Source: Deferribacterales bacterium (lineage in GTDB: Bacteria > Chrysiogenota > Deferribacteres > Deferribacterales > Geovibrionaceae). From it: a stretch of 64,000 bases of DNA. The position numbers and the translations under genes are program-made. The stretch covers positions 512,001 through 576,000 of the forward strand of contig JBFWJS010000001.1 in the NCBI GenBank assembly GCA_050253075.1. Reading direction: 5' to 3'. The notes beneath the pieces are model-generated. The model was not told where the DNA came from. It did not search any database and saw only the letters and a program-made list of their open reading frames with translations. This document shows positions 9,942 through 18,816 of this stretch, piece after piece (position 1 is the first letter of the stretch; every line of letters starts with the position of its first letter).

Positions 9942-11399
9942 TTTTAACATCTTCTGCAGTGAGTCCCTCACGGTTTTCAGCACTTCCACCCTTGCGTATC
10001 TTTTATCATTAGCGGGGATGACGACCCACGGCGCATTCGGCGTATCGGTTTTGAAGAACATCTCGTTATACGCTTCGACATATTCGGGTGTTCGGTCACG
10101 GTTTCGATAGTCTTCCTCTGTTATCTTATGCTGTTTCCACGGGATCTCTTCACGCTGTTCGAAACGGCTGAGCTGTTCCTCGGGCGATATATGCAGGAAA
10201 AATTTCAAAAGCATCACGCCTCTGTCTGCGAGGTGTGCTTCGAAGGCGTTTATTTCGTCGTATGCTCTGAACCACTCCCCCTGTTTTGCGTATCCCTCTA
10301 TCCTCTCCACGAGTACACGCCCGTACCACGAGCGGTCGAATATGCTGATGTGCCCTGCCCTCGGCACCTGGCGCCAGAAACGCCAGAGGTAATGCCGTGA
10401 AAGCTCCTCCTGTGTGGGGGCTGCTATGGATATCACCTTTGACAGGCGCATGTCTATGGCCCGGAGCAGCCGCCTTATGCATCCGCCCTTGCCCGCTGCA
10501 TCCCAGCCTTCGAATACCAGCATAGAGCTTATCTGTTTTTCATACGCTTCCCATGCGAGGGGCTTTATTTCGGTGACAAGGTCTGCGAGCTCTTTTTTAT
10601 AGTCGCCCACGGTTTTGCCCATGTCGAGGCTGGCGAGCTTATCGGGGAAGGTGATGCCGTTTGCGTTCACTGTGGCGCTTTTCGGCATTAAGCCGTCCAG
10701 AGCCTTTTTCATGGCGTCCAGTATCACCTGCAGGAATCTCAGCTCTCTGTATCGTTTGTCTGTGCAGTCGATTATCTCCCACGGGGCGAACTCTGTGTGG
10801 GTGTATTTATACGCGGTCTCTGCGGAGTCGACTATCTTTTCATATCTGCTGTAATACCAGTTGGCACGTTCGGATATCTCTTTGGTTTTGTCGAATTTCT
10901 TTTCGAGCTTTTCGTGGCGTTTCTTCTGCTCTTTCTTTGAGATGTGCGCCCATATCTTTATGATGACAGTGCCGTCGAGGGCGAGCATCTTTTCAAAGTC
11001 TGCCGCCTCTTTCAGCTTTGCGATGTATGCTTCGTCTGAGTCTTCGCCGTCGATGTGTTTGCGGATACATCGTTCATACCATCCGTTGAAATATATGCCG
11101 AGCTTCCCGCCCATAGGCATAGCATTCCAGAACCGCCAGTAATAGGGGCGTTCGGTCTCTTCGCTCGATTCCTGCCAGAAGGTGTTCACCTCGAGCAGGC
11201 GAGAATCCATAACGTCCGCCAGAGCATTTGCCATCTCGCCTTTTCCCGCTCCGTCGAGCCCGGTGAGCACGAGCAGCATAGGACGCTTATATTCCTTGAA
11301 CTTATACTGAGTGCGGATAATGTCTGTACGCAGCTCCAGAAGCTGTTTTTCATAGTCTTCTTTAGATATTTTACCGTCCGGTTTGAAGTCTTCGAACAT
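9939..11399 (-). CDS. pap: Polyphosphate:AMP phosphotransferase (two-domain PPK2)
   Basis: Duplicated PPK2 domains: GLDGAGKG and EGWDAAGKGG, DRSWYGRVLVER. Confidence 0.92.
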   Translation of the reverse strand: MFEDFKPDGKISKEDYEKQLLELRTDIIRTQYKFKEYKRPMLLVLTGLDGAGKGEMANALADVMDSRLLEVNTFWQESSEETERPYYWRFWNAMPMGGKLGIYFNGWYERCIRKHIDGEDSDEAYIAKLKEAADFEKMLALDGTVIIKIWAHISKKEQKKRHEKLEKKFDKTKEISERANWYYSRYEKIVDSAETAYKYTHTEFAPWEIIDCTDKRYRELRFLQVILDAMKKALDGLMPKSATVNANGITFPDKLASLDMGKTVGDYKKELADLVTEIKPLAWEAYEKQISSMLVFEGWDAAGKGGCIRRLLRAIDMRLSKVISIAAPTQEELSRHYLWRFWRQVPRAGHISIFDRSWYGRVLVERIEGYAKQGEWFRAYDEINAFEAHLADRGVMLLKFFLHISPEEQLSRFEQREEIPWKQHKITEEDYRNRDRTPEYVEAYNEMFFKTDTPNAPWVVIPANDKRYARVEVLKTVRDSLQKMLK

Positions 11400-11469
11400 G
11401 TGCTCCCCCTGAAATAATATATGTGGTTATGAACTATAAAATATTATAACATAAGGACAGAGGAAATAT

Positions 11470-12216
11470 ATGATAGGTGCAGGTTTAGCAGTATCAGTTT
11501 TTTTCATTTTCGTCCTTGCCGTCTCTCATAAAAGAGGCATGGGGCTCGAAAAGCAGATAGGCATAGCGGGCATCCGCTCTGTTTTGCAGATGTTCGCCAT
11601 GGGTTTTGCTCTGGAATACATCTTTAAGCTGCAGAGTGCGTGGCATGTGCTTTATTTCGCTGCTTTTATGGCTGTTTTCGCAGCCTATACGGCAAATGCC
11701 CGTCTGGATATGAACTGTAAATGTTTAAAACGTGCGTTTTTTGCGATATATGTGCCGACACTGCTCGGTATGCTCCCCGTTTTCCTTTCGGGGGCTGTCC
11801 CTGTGAAGATGAGCGCAGTGCTCCCCATCGCAGGTATGGCTCTGGGTAACTGTATGAATGCATACACCCTCACCCTTGACCGACTGCTGGCAGAGAGTAA
11901 GGGCAGGCTGGCGACCATTGAGGGGATGCTCGCCCTCGGGCTGAATATGAAGACGGCAATGCGTGATGCGGTGAATACATCCATCAAGGCGGCTATGAAA
12001 CCGATACTGAACAACATTGCTTCCCTCGGCGTGGTTCTTCTGCCGGGGCTTGCTACGGGTCTTCTGATAGCAGGGGTGAAGCCTATCACTGCTGTGGTTT
12101 ATCAGCTGGTGATAATGTATATGATAATGTCTGTGAATGTGCTTTCGTCCCTTATCGCCTGCAGGATGTTTACTTTGCGGGTGCTGATGGATGCGGCCAG
12201 TGAGGATAGAGGATGA
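11470..12216 (+). CDS. UPF0014/FetB-like ABC permease
   Basis: RSVLQM, PIAGMALGN, LGVVLLPG..TG.LIAG..P..AV.YQ motifs. Confidence 0.85.
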   Translation: MIGAGLAVSVFFIFVLAVSHKRGMGLEKQIGIAGIRSVLQMFAMGFALEYIFKLQSAWHVLYFAAFMAVFAAYTANARLDMNCKCLKRAFFAIYVPTLLGMLPVFLSGAVPVKMSAVLPIAGMALGNCMNAYTLTLDRLLAESKGRLATIEGMLALGLNMKTAMRDAVNTSIKAAMKPILNNIASLGVVLLPGLATGLLIAGVKPITAVVYQLVIMYMIMSVNVLSSLIACRMFTLRVLMDAASEDRG

Positions 12217-12824
12217 CACTTTTTCAGCTTCTGGATTTTACGGGAACTGTTGCCTTTGCCGCTTCGGGGGCTATCGCAGGTGCCAGGAAGCACCTCGACC
12301 TGTACGGCATATGCTTTCTGGCTATTATAACTGCCGTCGGCGGCGGTACGGTGCGTGATGCTCTTTTGGGGCGTGTGCCTCCGTTCTCTTTTACGGATAT
12401 CACATACTTCCTCCTTTCCGTCATCACTGCCATTGTGATATTCGCATTTTATAAACAGATGAAGAAGACATACTCCACTCTTGTCTGGATGGATGCTCTG
12501 GGGCTCGGCGTTTTTAACGTTATCGGCCTGCGTGTGGCTCTGGACAGCGGTGTGGGATACTTCGGCGCTGTGTGCTTCGGTGTTATCACCGGCACAGGCG
12601 GGGGTATGATGCGTGATGTCCTCATCGGAGAGATTCCGTTTGTACTTAAAAAGGAGGTCTACGCTACTGCATGTATCGTTGCGGGGCTTCTTTTTTGTTT
12701 ATTACATTACCTTCAGGTTAACATGCAGGTTAACATGGCTGTGTCTTCATTCGTGCTCTTTGCGGTGCGGATGTATACCTTTAAAAAACATATCCACATC
12801 CCAAAGATAGCCCACGCAGACTAG
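12213..12824 (+). CDS. Trimeric intracellular cation channel (UPF0126) family protein
   Basis: AFAASGA, TAVGGGTVRD, DALGLGVF, TGTGGGMMRD repeats. Confidence 0.92.
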   Translation: MTLFQLLDFTGTVAFAASGAIAGARKHLDLYGICFLAIITAVGGGTVRDALLGRVPPFSFTDITYFLLSVITAIVIFAFYKQMKKTYSTLVWMDALGLGVFNVIGLRVALDSGVGYFGAVCFGVITGTGGGMMRDVLIGEIPFVLKKEVYATACIVAGLLFCLLHYLQVNMQVNMAVSSFVLFAVRMYTFKKHIHIPKIAHAD

Positions 12825-12838
12825 TTCAGATGAGGGAT

Positions 12839-12905
12839 GTCATCCTGAGCAGGGCGAAGGATCCGCAGTAACAGATTCGTCACTCACACCTTCGTTCAGA
12901 ATGAC
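12839..12905. repeat. Palindromic intergenic repeat (GTCATCCTGAG...TCAGAATGAC subfamily)
   Basis: Terminal inverted arms GTCATCCTGAGC / GTTCAGAATGAC with internal GAAGGATC..AGATTC; related to 17610-17712. Confidence 0.75.
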
Positions 12906-12927
12906 GCCACAGCATCGTTAGTCGGGG

Positions 12928-12956
12928 TTGTATTTTTGGTGATAGTTATTTAGAAT
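12928..12956 (+). promoter_or_regulatory. sigma70-type promoter of rnj, probably leaderless
   Basis: TTGTAT-N17-TAGAAT ending 6 nt before ATG 12963; no SD sequence. Confidence 0.6.
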
Positions 12957-12962
12957 AATCCT

Positions 12963-14600
12963 ATGAACTGTTCTATTTCTTTTTTAGGCGGTGTCGGCGA
13001 GATAGGCATGAACATGTATGTCTACGAGACCGAGGAAACTGCCATTATCGTTGATTGCGGAGTTATGTTCGCGGATAACAACTTTCCGGGGATCGATTAT
13101 GTCATCCCTGATTTCGAGTATCTCGACAGCATCAAACACAAGCTGAAAGCTGTTTTCATAACACACGGCCACGAAGACCACGTCGGCGCAATGCCTTTCC
13201 TCCTGCGTGCATTTAATCTGCCCGTATACGGAGGCAGGCTGTCTCTGGGCATACTGGAGCAAAAGCGCGGTGCGAAGAAGGTCTCGCCTGATCTGCGCCC
13301 TATGAGGGCAAGGCAGGAGGTCACCGAGGGGGATTTTACCGTTAAGTTTCTCCCCGTTACGCACTCCATAAGCGACACATATGCGCTTTATATCAAATGC
13401 GGCGATTTCTCTGCTCTGCACTGCTCGGATTATAAGATCGACCAGTCACCTGCAGGGGGAGAGCCTTTTAACCCTGCGGATTTTACGGCACTTGCAAAGG
13501 AAAACCTGACGGCGCTCCTAGTGGACAGCACAAACGCCATGAACGAAGGCTTCACACAGTCGGAATCCAGCATAAAGGCAGACCTTAAAAAAGTATTCAA
13601 AAACGCTACGGGAAGGATATTCTTCACCAGCTTTTCATCAAATATAGACAGATTCCGCCAGATACTGGACATTGCCCGTGACTGCGGGCGTAAAGTAGTG
13701 CTGGAAGGGACTGCCCTCGACAGGAACGTATCCATTGCGAAATCACTCGGATACATCGACCTCCCCGAGGACCTCATCGTCACACTCAGGACAGCGAAGA
13801 AGCTCCCCGACGATCAGGTGTGCTACATCATCACAGGCTGTCAGGGGGAGACAAACTCCACCCTTTACCGCATAGCCTCGGGCGAGCGTAAAGACCTCAG
13901 CATCAGAGAGGGCGACCTGTTCGTTATCTCCGCAAGGGTAATTCCCGGGAATGAAAAGAACCTTATCAACCTGATAAACCTGATATATAAAGCGGGCGGA
14001 AAGGTTGTGGATATAGGCAAGAGCCGCATACATGTTTCGGGGCACGCCTCTCAGGAGGAGATAAAGCTGATGGTGAACTTCACCAGACCGAAATATGTCA
14101 TACCCGTACACGGCGAACCGGTACACATGATAACCCTGAAAAGGATGCTGAAAGACACAGAGTTTGTGAAACCTGAGAATGTTGTTCTCGTGGAAGACGG
14201 CAAGAAGGCAGTCTTCGAAGGGAGCAAAATGGTTAAGACCACGGATGTTCCCCACGGGAAGGTGTTCATCGACCTTCGTGGGCATTTTGTCATGGACGAG
14301 GATTCTGTCAAAGACAGGAAACACATGTGCCGTGACGGTGCCGTGTCTGTTGTCGTGCTGAAAAAACCCGACGGGACATACATCCTGCCTCCGTTTGTGG
14401 AGACGGCAGGGTTCGACCTTGAGAGCAATCAGATGATGGCTTTACAGGATTTCCTCGCCAGTCATCTTCATGAACTGCTGAATGATGACGATTATGACTA
14501 TCTGGACCTGAAGGGCGGGCTTTCGAGGCTGACCCGCAGGTTTTTCAAAAAGACTCTCGACAGGAGACCGCTCGTGATACCTGTCGTGACGGAGATATAA
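12963..14600 (+). CDS. rnj: Ribonuclease J
   Basis: GGVGEIGMN, THGHEDHVG, HVSGHA, PVHGE motifs. Confidence 0.95.
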   Translation: MNCSISFLGGVGEIGMNMYVYETEETAIIVDCGVMFADNNFPGIDYVIPDFEYLDSIKHKLKAVFITHGHEDHVGAMPFLLRAFNLPVYGGRLSLGILEQKRGAKKVSPDLRPMRARQEVTEGDFTVKFLPVTHSISDTYALYIKCGDFSALHCSDYKIDQSPAGGEPFNPADFTALAKENLTALLVDSTNAMNEGFTQSESSIKADLKKVFKNATGRIFFTSFSSNIDRFRQILDIARDCGRKVVLEGTALDRNVSIAKSLGYIDLPEDLIVTLRTAKKLPDDQVCYIITGCQGETNSTLYRIASGERKDLSIREGDLFVISARVIPGNEKNLINLINLIYKAGGKVVDIGKSRIHVSGHASQEEIKLMVNFTRPKYVIPVHGEPVHMITLKRMLKDTEFVKPENVVLVEDGKKAVFEGSKMVKTTDVPHGKVFIDLRGHFVMDEDSVKDRKHMCRDGAVSVVVLKKPDGTYILPPFVETAGFDLESNQMMALQDFLASHLHELLNDDDYDYLDLKGGLSRLTRRFFKKTLDRRPLVIPVVTEI

Positions 14601-15392
14601 ATGACGATAACTTCGGCGATACTGCTGGGTATTATACAGGGGCTGACAGAATTCCTCCCCGTGAGCAGCTCAGGGCACCTTGTCCTTGCGCAGTCGCTCA
14701 TGAAGGATTTTCAGCAGCCAGGCATGCTTTTCGACACGCTCCTCCACGGAGCGACACTCGGCGCAGTGGTCGTATATTTCCGCAGACGCATAATAGAGCT
14801 GGTGCTCACCCCTATGGGGCTGCTCAGCAATGATTATAAGATAATCTACTTCGAGAACAAACGCTTCTGGTGGGGGATAATAGTAGCCACCATCCCGACG
14901 GGCATAATAGGGCTCGCTCTGGAGAGCAGGGTCGAGGGTGTTTTCTCCACTCCTGCATTCGTGGGCTATTTCCTCATCGTCACATCCCTTATGCTCCTTA
15001 TATCAGACAGATATAAAGGGGGCGGTCAGGTGACGGGCATAACTGCATTCATCATCGGCATAGTGCAGGGGCTCGCAGTTATCCCCGGGATATCTAGAGC
15101 CGGTGCGACAACAGCCACGGGGCTGTGGCTCGGCATAAAGCGTGAGGAGATGGCGGAGTTCACATTCCTCATGTCCATACCTGCCATAGTAGGGGCTATC
15201 ATTTTACAATCTAAGCATATGTCTGCCGTGCCTGCGGGCGAGATGACGGCATACATTGCCGGAATGATAGCGGCATTTATAAGCGGATTCTTCGCCATAG
15301 GTTTTATGGTGTATTTTATAAAAAGGGCAAACCTTAAAGCATTTGCGCTTTACTGCCTGATAGCAGGGATAACAGCTATAATATGGATGTAG
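14601..15392 (+). CDS. uppP: Undecaprenyl-diphosphatase
   Basis: QGLTEFLPVSSSGHL and PGISRAGAT motifs. Confidence 0.95.
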   Translation: MTITSAILLGIIQGLTEFLPVSSSGHLVLAQSLMKDFQQPGMLFDTLLHGATLGAVVVYFRRRIIELVLTPMGLLSNDYKIIYFENKRFWWGIIVATIPTGIIGLALESRVEGVFSTPAFVGYFLIVTSLMLLISDRYKGGGQVTGITAFIIGIVQGLAVIPGISRAGATTATGLWLGIKREEMAEFTFLMSIPAIVGAIILQSKHMSAVPAGEMTAYIAGMIAAFISGFFAIGFMVYFIKRANLKAFALYCLIAGITAIIWM

Positions 15393-17581
15393 AAAACAAG
15401 GGGCTGAAAGCCGACATAATATTCCTTACCGCTCTCTTCTTCACCATCTTTGCCACTTTGTCCATATACTCTCATTCAGAGTCGGACCCGGGGTGGACTC
15501 TGATCATCTTCACTAATTATGATCAGGAGGTAGCGAACCTCTTCGGAAAGACGGGTGCCTATTTCAGCGATGTCCTTGCGACATTTTTCGGCTGGACGGC
15601 TTATCTGCTTCCGCTCATATTCATATGGCTGACCATCAGACTTCACTTTCACCGCAGAAAATCAGAGATGAAGATGCGTAAGACCATCTTCCGCTTTGTG
15701 TTATACATACTCCTCTGCCTCGTGCTGGCTACTATGACAGGCTTCTTCGGAGGTCAGGACTTTATATTCACCAGCAAGCCGACAGGGGGGATAGCGGGGC
15801 TTTTCGCTGCGGATCTCTTCGCATCTGTCGTCGGTGTTGTCGGCGGGATAGTCATTTCATGCTTTCTGGCGACCTTGTTTCTGTTTCTCCTTTTTCCACG
15901 CTTTTTCATGAAGCTGGCGAGGGCAGAGCTGAACATGCCGAAGCTGAAAAAGGACAAACAGCCGGAAATGTATGACGAGGACGAATATCAGGGGGAGATA
16001 CCCGATATCCAGCCTGAGGAAGAGCCTGTAAATGTGCCGAACCTGCTCGAAGATGAAGACGAATACGAAGAACCCGTTTATGAACCACGCATAAAAGAAC
16101 CTGCTCCGAAAGAACCGCAGGTGAAAGAGCCGGAGTTCGAACCGCAGATAAAAGAAGCCGCAAAGGTGGAAAAAGGTAAGGGTAAATACACCGTACCGAT
16201 AAGACTGCTGGACGAGCCCGTAAACGATTTCAAGCGTGAATCCGACGCAGAGCTGAAGCTGAAAGGGGAAACCCTCGTTGCGAAGCTGGCGGACTTCGGA
16301 GTAAACGGAAAGATAAGAGAGATACAGCCGGGGCCTGTGGTCACACAGTTCGAGTTTGAACCTGCGCCCGGGGTAAAGATAAATAAGATAGCGAACCTCT
16401 CGGACGACCTCGCCCTTGCGATGTCTGCCGTCAGTGTGCGCATCATAGCACCGATACCGGGCAAATCTGTCGTGGGTATCGAGCTGCCTAACAAGCACAG
16501 GGGGATGGTATTCCTCTCCGAGCTGATGAAATCGAGAGAATTCACCGAGGCGAAATCCATGCTGACATTCGCAATGGGTAAGGATATCTCGGGCAGAGCA
16601 TACATAAGCGACCTCGCATCCATGCCCCACCTTTTGGTGGCGGGTACGACAGGCTCGGGTAAGTCCGTCGCCGTGAATACGCTGATATGCTCGATAGTTT
16701 ATAAAGCACCGCCTGAGCTCGTGAAGTTCATCATGGTAGACCCGAAGATGGTAGAGCTCAGTGTTTATGAAGATATACCACACCTCGCCGCACCTGTCGT
16801 AACAGAACCTCGAAAGGCTGCTATGGTTCTGAAAAACGTGGTGGAAGAGATGGAGAACAGATACTCCGTACTCGCCAGCATGAAGGTGCGTAACCTCGCC
16901 AGCTACAACCAGAAAGCAGCGGAAGACCCGGAGCTTCCCGTTATGCCTTATCTGGTGGTTATCGTGGACGAGTTCGCAGACCTTATGCTTGTAGCGGGTA
17001 AGGATGTGGAGCAGTCCATCATCCGTATAGCCCAGATGGCGAGAGCCGTGGGTATACACCTTGTCCTTGCCACACAGCGTCCGTCGGTGAATGTTATTAC
17101 GGGTATCATCAAGGCGAACATGCCCGCCAGACTTTCATTCAGAGTTTCATCTAAGGTGGACTCACGGACCATCATAGATACATCCGGCGCAGAGCTGCTC
17201 CTCGGTAAAGGGGACTCGCTCTTTATACCGCCAGGCATGAGCGACACAGTGCGTGTGCACGGATGTTTTGTCTCCGATGATGAGGTAGGGCGCATTGTCG
17301 AACACCTCAAGACCCTCGGCGAGCCTGAGTACAACATGGACCTTGTGAAAGAAGAGATGGCGGGCGAAGACGATGTGGACGAATCGGAACTGGATGAGAA
17401 ATATAACGAAGCACTCGAGCTGGTTAAGCAGAAGGGCTTTGCATCTATATCAATGATACAGCGTTACCTCCGCATAGGGTATAATAGAGCAGCGAGGATC
17501 GTTGAGATCATGGAGAAAAAAGGAATAGTGGCACCAAGTGACGGTACTTCTAAGCCCCGAGAATTATTGATAAAAGATTAA
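15383..17581 (+). CDS. ftsK: DNA translocase FtsK
   Basis: N-terminal TM domain, PHLLVAGTTGSGKS, IVDEFADL, ATQRPS, gamma domain QRYLRIGYNRAARI. Confidence 0.97.
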   Translation: MDVENKGLKADIIFLTALFFTIFATLSIYSHSESDPGWTLIIFTNYDQEVANLFGKTGAYFSDVLATFFGWTAYLLPLIFIWLTIRLHFHRRKSEMKMRKTIFRFVLYILLCLVLATMTGFFGGQDFIFTSKPTGGIAGLFAADLFASVVGVVGGIVISCFLATLFLFLLFPRFFMKLARAELNMPKLKKDKQPEMYDEDEYQGEIPDIQPEEEPVNVPNLLEDEDEYEEPVYEPRIKEPAPKEPQVKEPEFEPQIKEAAKVEKGKGKYTVPIRLLDEPVNDFKRESDAELKLKGETLVAKLADFGVNGKIREIQPGPVVTQFEFEPAPGVKINKIANLSDDLALAMSAVSVRIIAPIPGKSVVGIELPNKHRGMVFLSELMKSREFTEAKSMLTFAMGKDISGRAYISDLASMPHLLVAGTTGSGKSVAVNTLICSIVYKAPPELVKFIMVDPKMVELSVYEDIPHLAAPVVTEPRKAAMVLKNVVEEMENRYSVLASMKVRNLASYNQKAAEDPELPVMPYLVVIVDEFADLMLVAGKDVEQSIIRIAQMARAVGIHLVLATQRPSVNVITGIIKANMPARLSFRVSSKVDSRTIIDTSGAELLLGKGDSLFIPPGMSDTVRVHGCFVSDDEVGRIVEHLKTLGEPEYNMDLVKEEMAGEDDVDESELDEKYNEALELVKQKGFASISMIQRYLRIGYNRAARIVEIMEKKGIVAPSDGTSKPRELLIKD

Positions 17582-17609
17582 GGTGCATGATGCACCGTAA
17601 AACTGTATT

Positions 17610-17712
17610 GTCATCATGAGGAAGCCTTTAGGCTGACGTAATGATCTCAGACGATATCTCATATTTAATATAGTCCGAGATTCTTACGCTGACCGTGTCA
17701 GCTCAGAATGAC
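17610..17712. repeat. Palindromic intergenic repeat (GTCATC.TGAG...CTCAGAATGAC)
   Basis: Inverted ends with two internal hairpins (AGCC-TTTA-GGCT; GCTGAC-CGT-GTCAGC). Confidence 0.75.
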
Positions 17713-17725
17713 TAACAGTGATATT

Positions 17726-17811
17726 GTCATTGCGAGGAGTGTAATGACGAAGCAATCTTTGGATAAATACGAGAACAGAGACTGCCACAGCCCTTCGGGC
17801 TTCGCAGTGAC
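17726..17811. repeat. Full GTCATTGCGAG...TTCGCAGTGAC palindromic repeat
   Basis: GTCATTGCGAGGAGTGTAATGACGAAGCAATCT...AGACTGCCACAGCCCTTCGGGCTTCGCAGTGAC; arms near-identical to 45767-45854. Confidence 0.85.
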
Positions 17812-17831
17812 ATTGTGGAAAGGTGAGCATT

Positions 17832-18815
17832 ATGGCAGATATCAGTGTTGACTATATGGGGCTTAAGCTGTCCAGCCCGGTTATCGCAGGCAGCAGCACC
17901 CTTACAAAAGATATGGACAGACTCAAAAAAGCAGAGGACGCAGGGGCGGGAGCCGTTGTGCTTAAATCGCTTTTCGAGGAAGAGATACGTCAGGACATGG
18001 GGGACGATCTGGACGGATCATACCACCCCGAGGCGTATGACTATATGCTCGCTGATGCTGCTATGGTTTATGGTTCGGGTGAATACCTCGACTATGTGAA
18101 GCGTGCCTCTGAAACAGTGGGCATACCTGTCATCGCCAGCATAAACTGCGAAGGGAGCAGATGGTGGGCGAGCTTTGCAGGGAGCATAGAGGAAGCAGGC
18201 GCAGACGCTCTGGAGCTGAACATCGCCTTCAACCCCTTCGACGCTGAGATAGACGGCGCAGCAGCCGAGCAGAAATACATAGACGTGCTCAAAGACGTGA
18301 AAAGAGCCGTCAGAATACCTGTCGGTGTAAAGATAGGGCCGAACTTCTCCGCTATTCCTAACATGGTGAAAAAGCTCGAAGACGCAGGCGCAGACAGCGT
18401 TACTATGTTTAATAAATATTTCCAGCTAAAGATAAATACCAGAACACTGGAGCTAGAGCCGGTGCATACATTCAGCGCACCCGAGGACGCATACAGAGTG
18501 CTCCGCTGGGTGGCTGTTACAAGCCGTCAGTGCGGTGTGGATATATCCGCATCCACAGGGGTGTATGACGAGGATATGCTCATCCAATACCTGCTGGCAG
18601 GTGCAAAGACAGTGCAGGTGACATCTGCGCTGTATAAGAACGGCATGAGTGTGATATCAGACCTGAACAGCGGTCTGGAAGCATGGATGAAGCAGAGGCA
18701 CGTCGATTCCTTAAACGATGTGATAGGTCTAGCCACCAGAAAGAAGATAAAGCAGGTTCAGTCTTTTGAACGTCTGCAGTATATCAAAATAGCAGACGGA
18801 GCGATATTCCAGTAA
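17832..18815 (+). CDS. Dihydroorotate dehydrogenase-like FMN protein
   Basis: GAGAVVLKSLFEE, PVIASIN, ADALELN, LLAGAKTVQV. ATG 17832 chosen (RBS AAGGTGA) over GTG 17823. Confidence 0.85.
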   Translation: MADISVDYMGLKLSSPVIAGSSTLTKDMDRLKKAEDAGAGAVVLKSLFEEEIRQDMGDDLDGSYHPEAYDYMLADAAMVYGSGEYLDYVKRASETVGIPVIASINCEGSRWWASFAGSIEEAGADALELNIAFNPFDAEIDGAAAEQKYIDVLKDVKRAVRIPVGVKIGPNFSAIPNMVKKLEDAGADSVTMFNKYFQLKINTRTLELEPVHTFSAPEDAYRVLRWVAVTSRQCGVDISASTGVYDEDMLIQYLLAGAKTVQVTSALYKNGMSVISDLNSGLEAWMKQRHVDSLNDVIGLATRKKIKQVQSFERLQYIKIADGAIFQ

Positions 18816-18816
18816 C

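Noticed and set aside
16081..16155. EPxxKE repeats in ftsK
   Set aside because: Ordinary low-complexity FtsK linker.
15857..17059. Long antisense ORFs (also 3435-4496, 51771-52610, 53641-54507, 56343-57296)
   Set aside because: They shadow well-supported genes on the opposite strand and carry no recognisable motifs.
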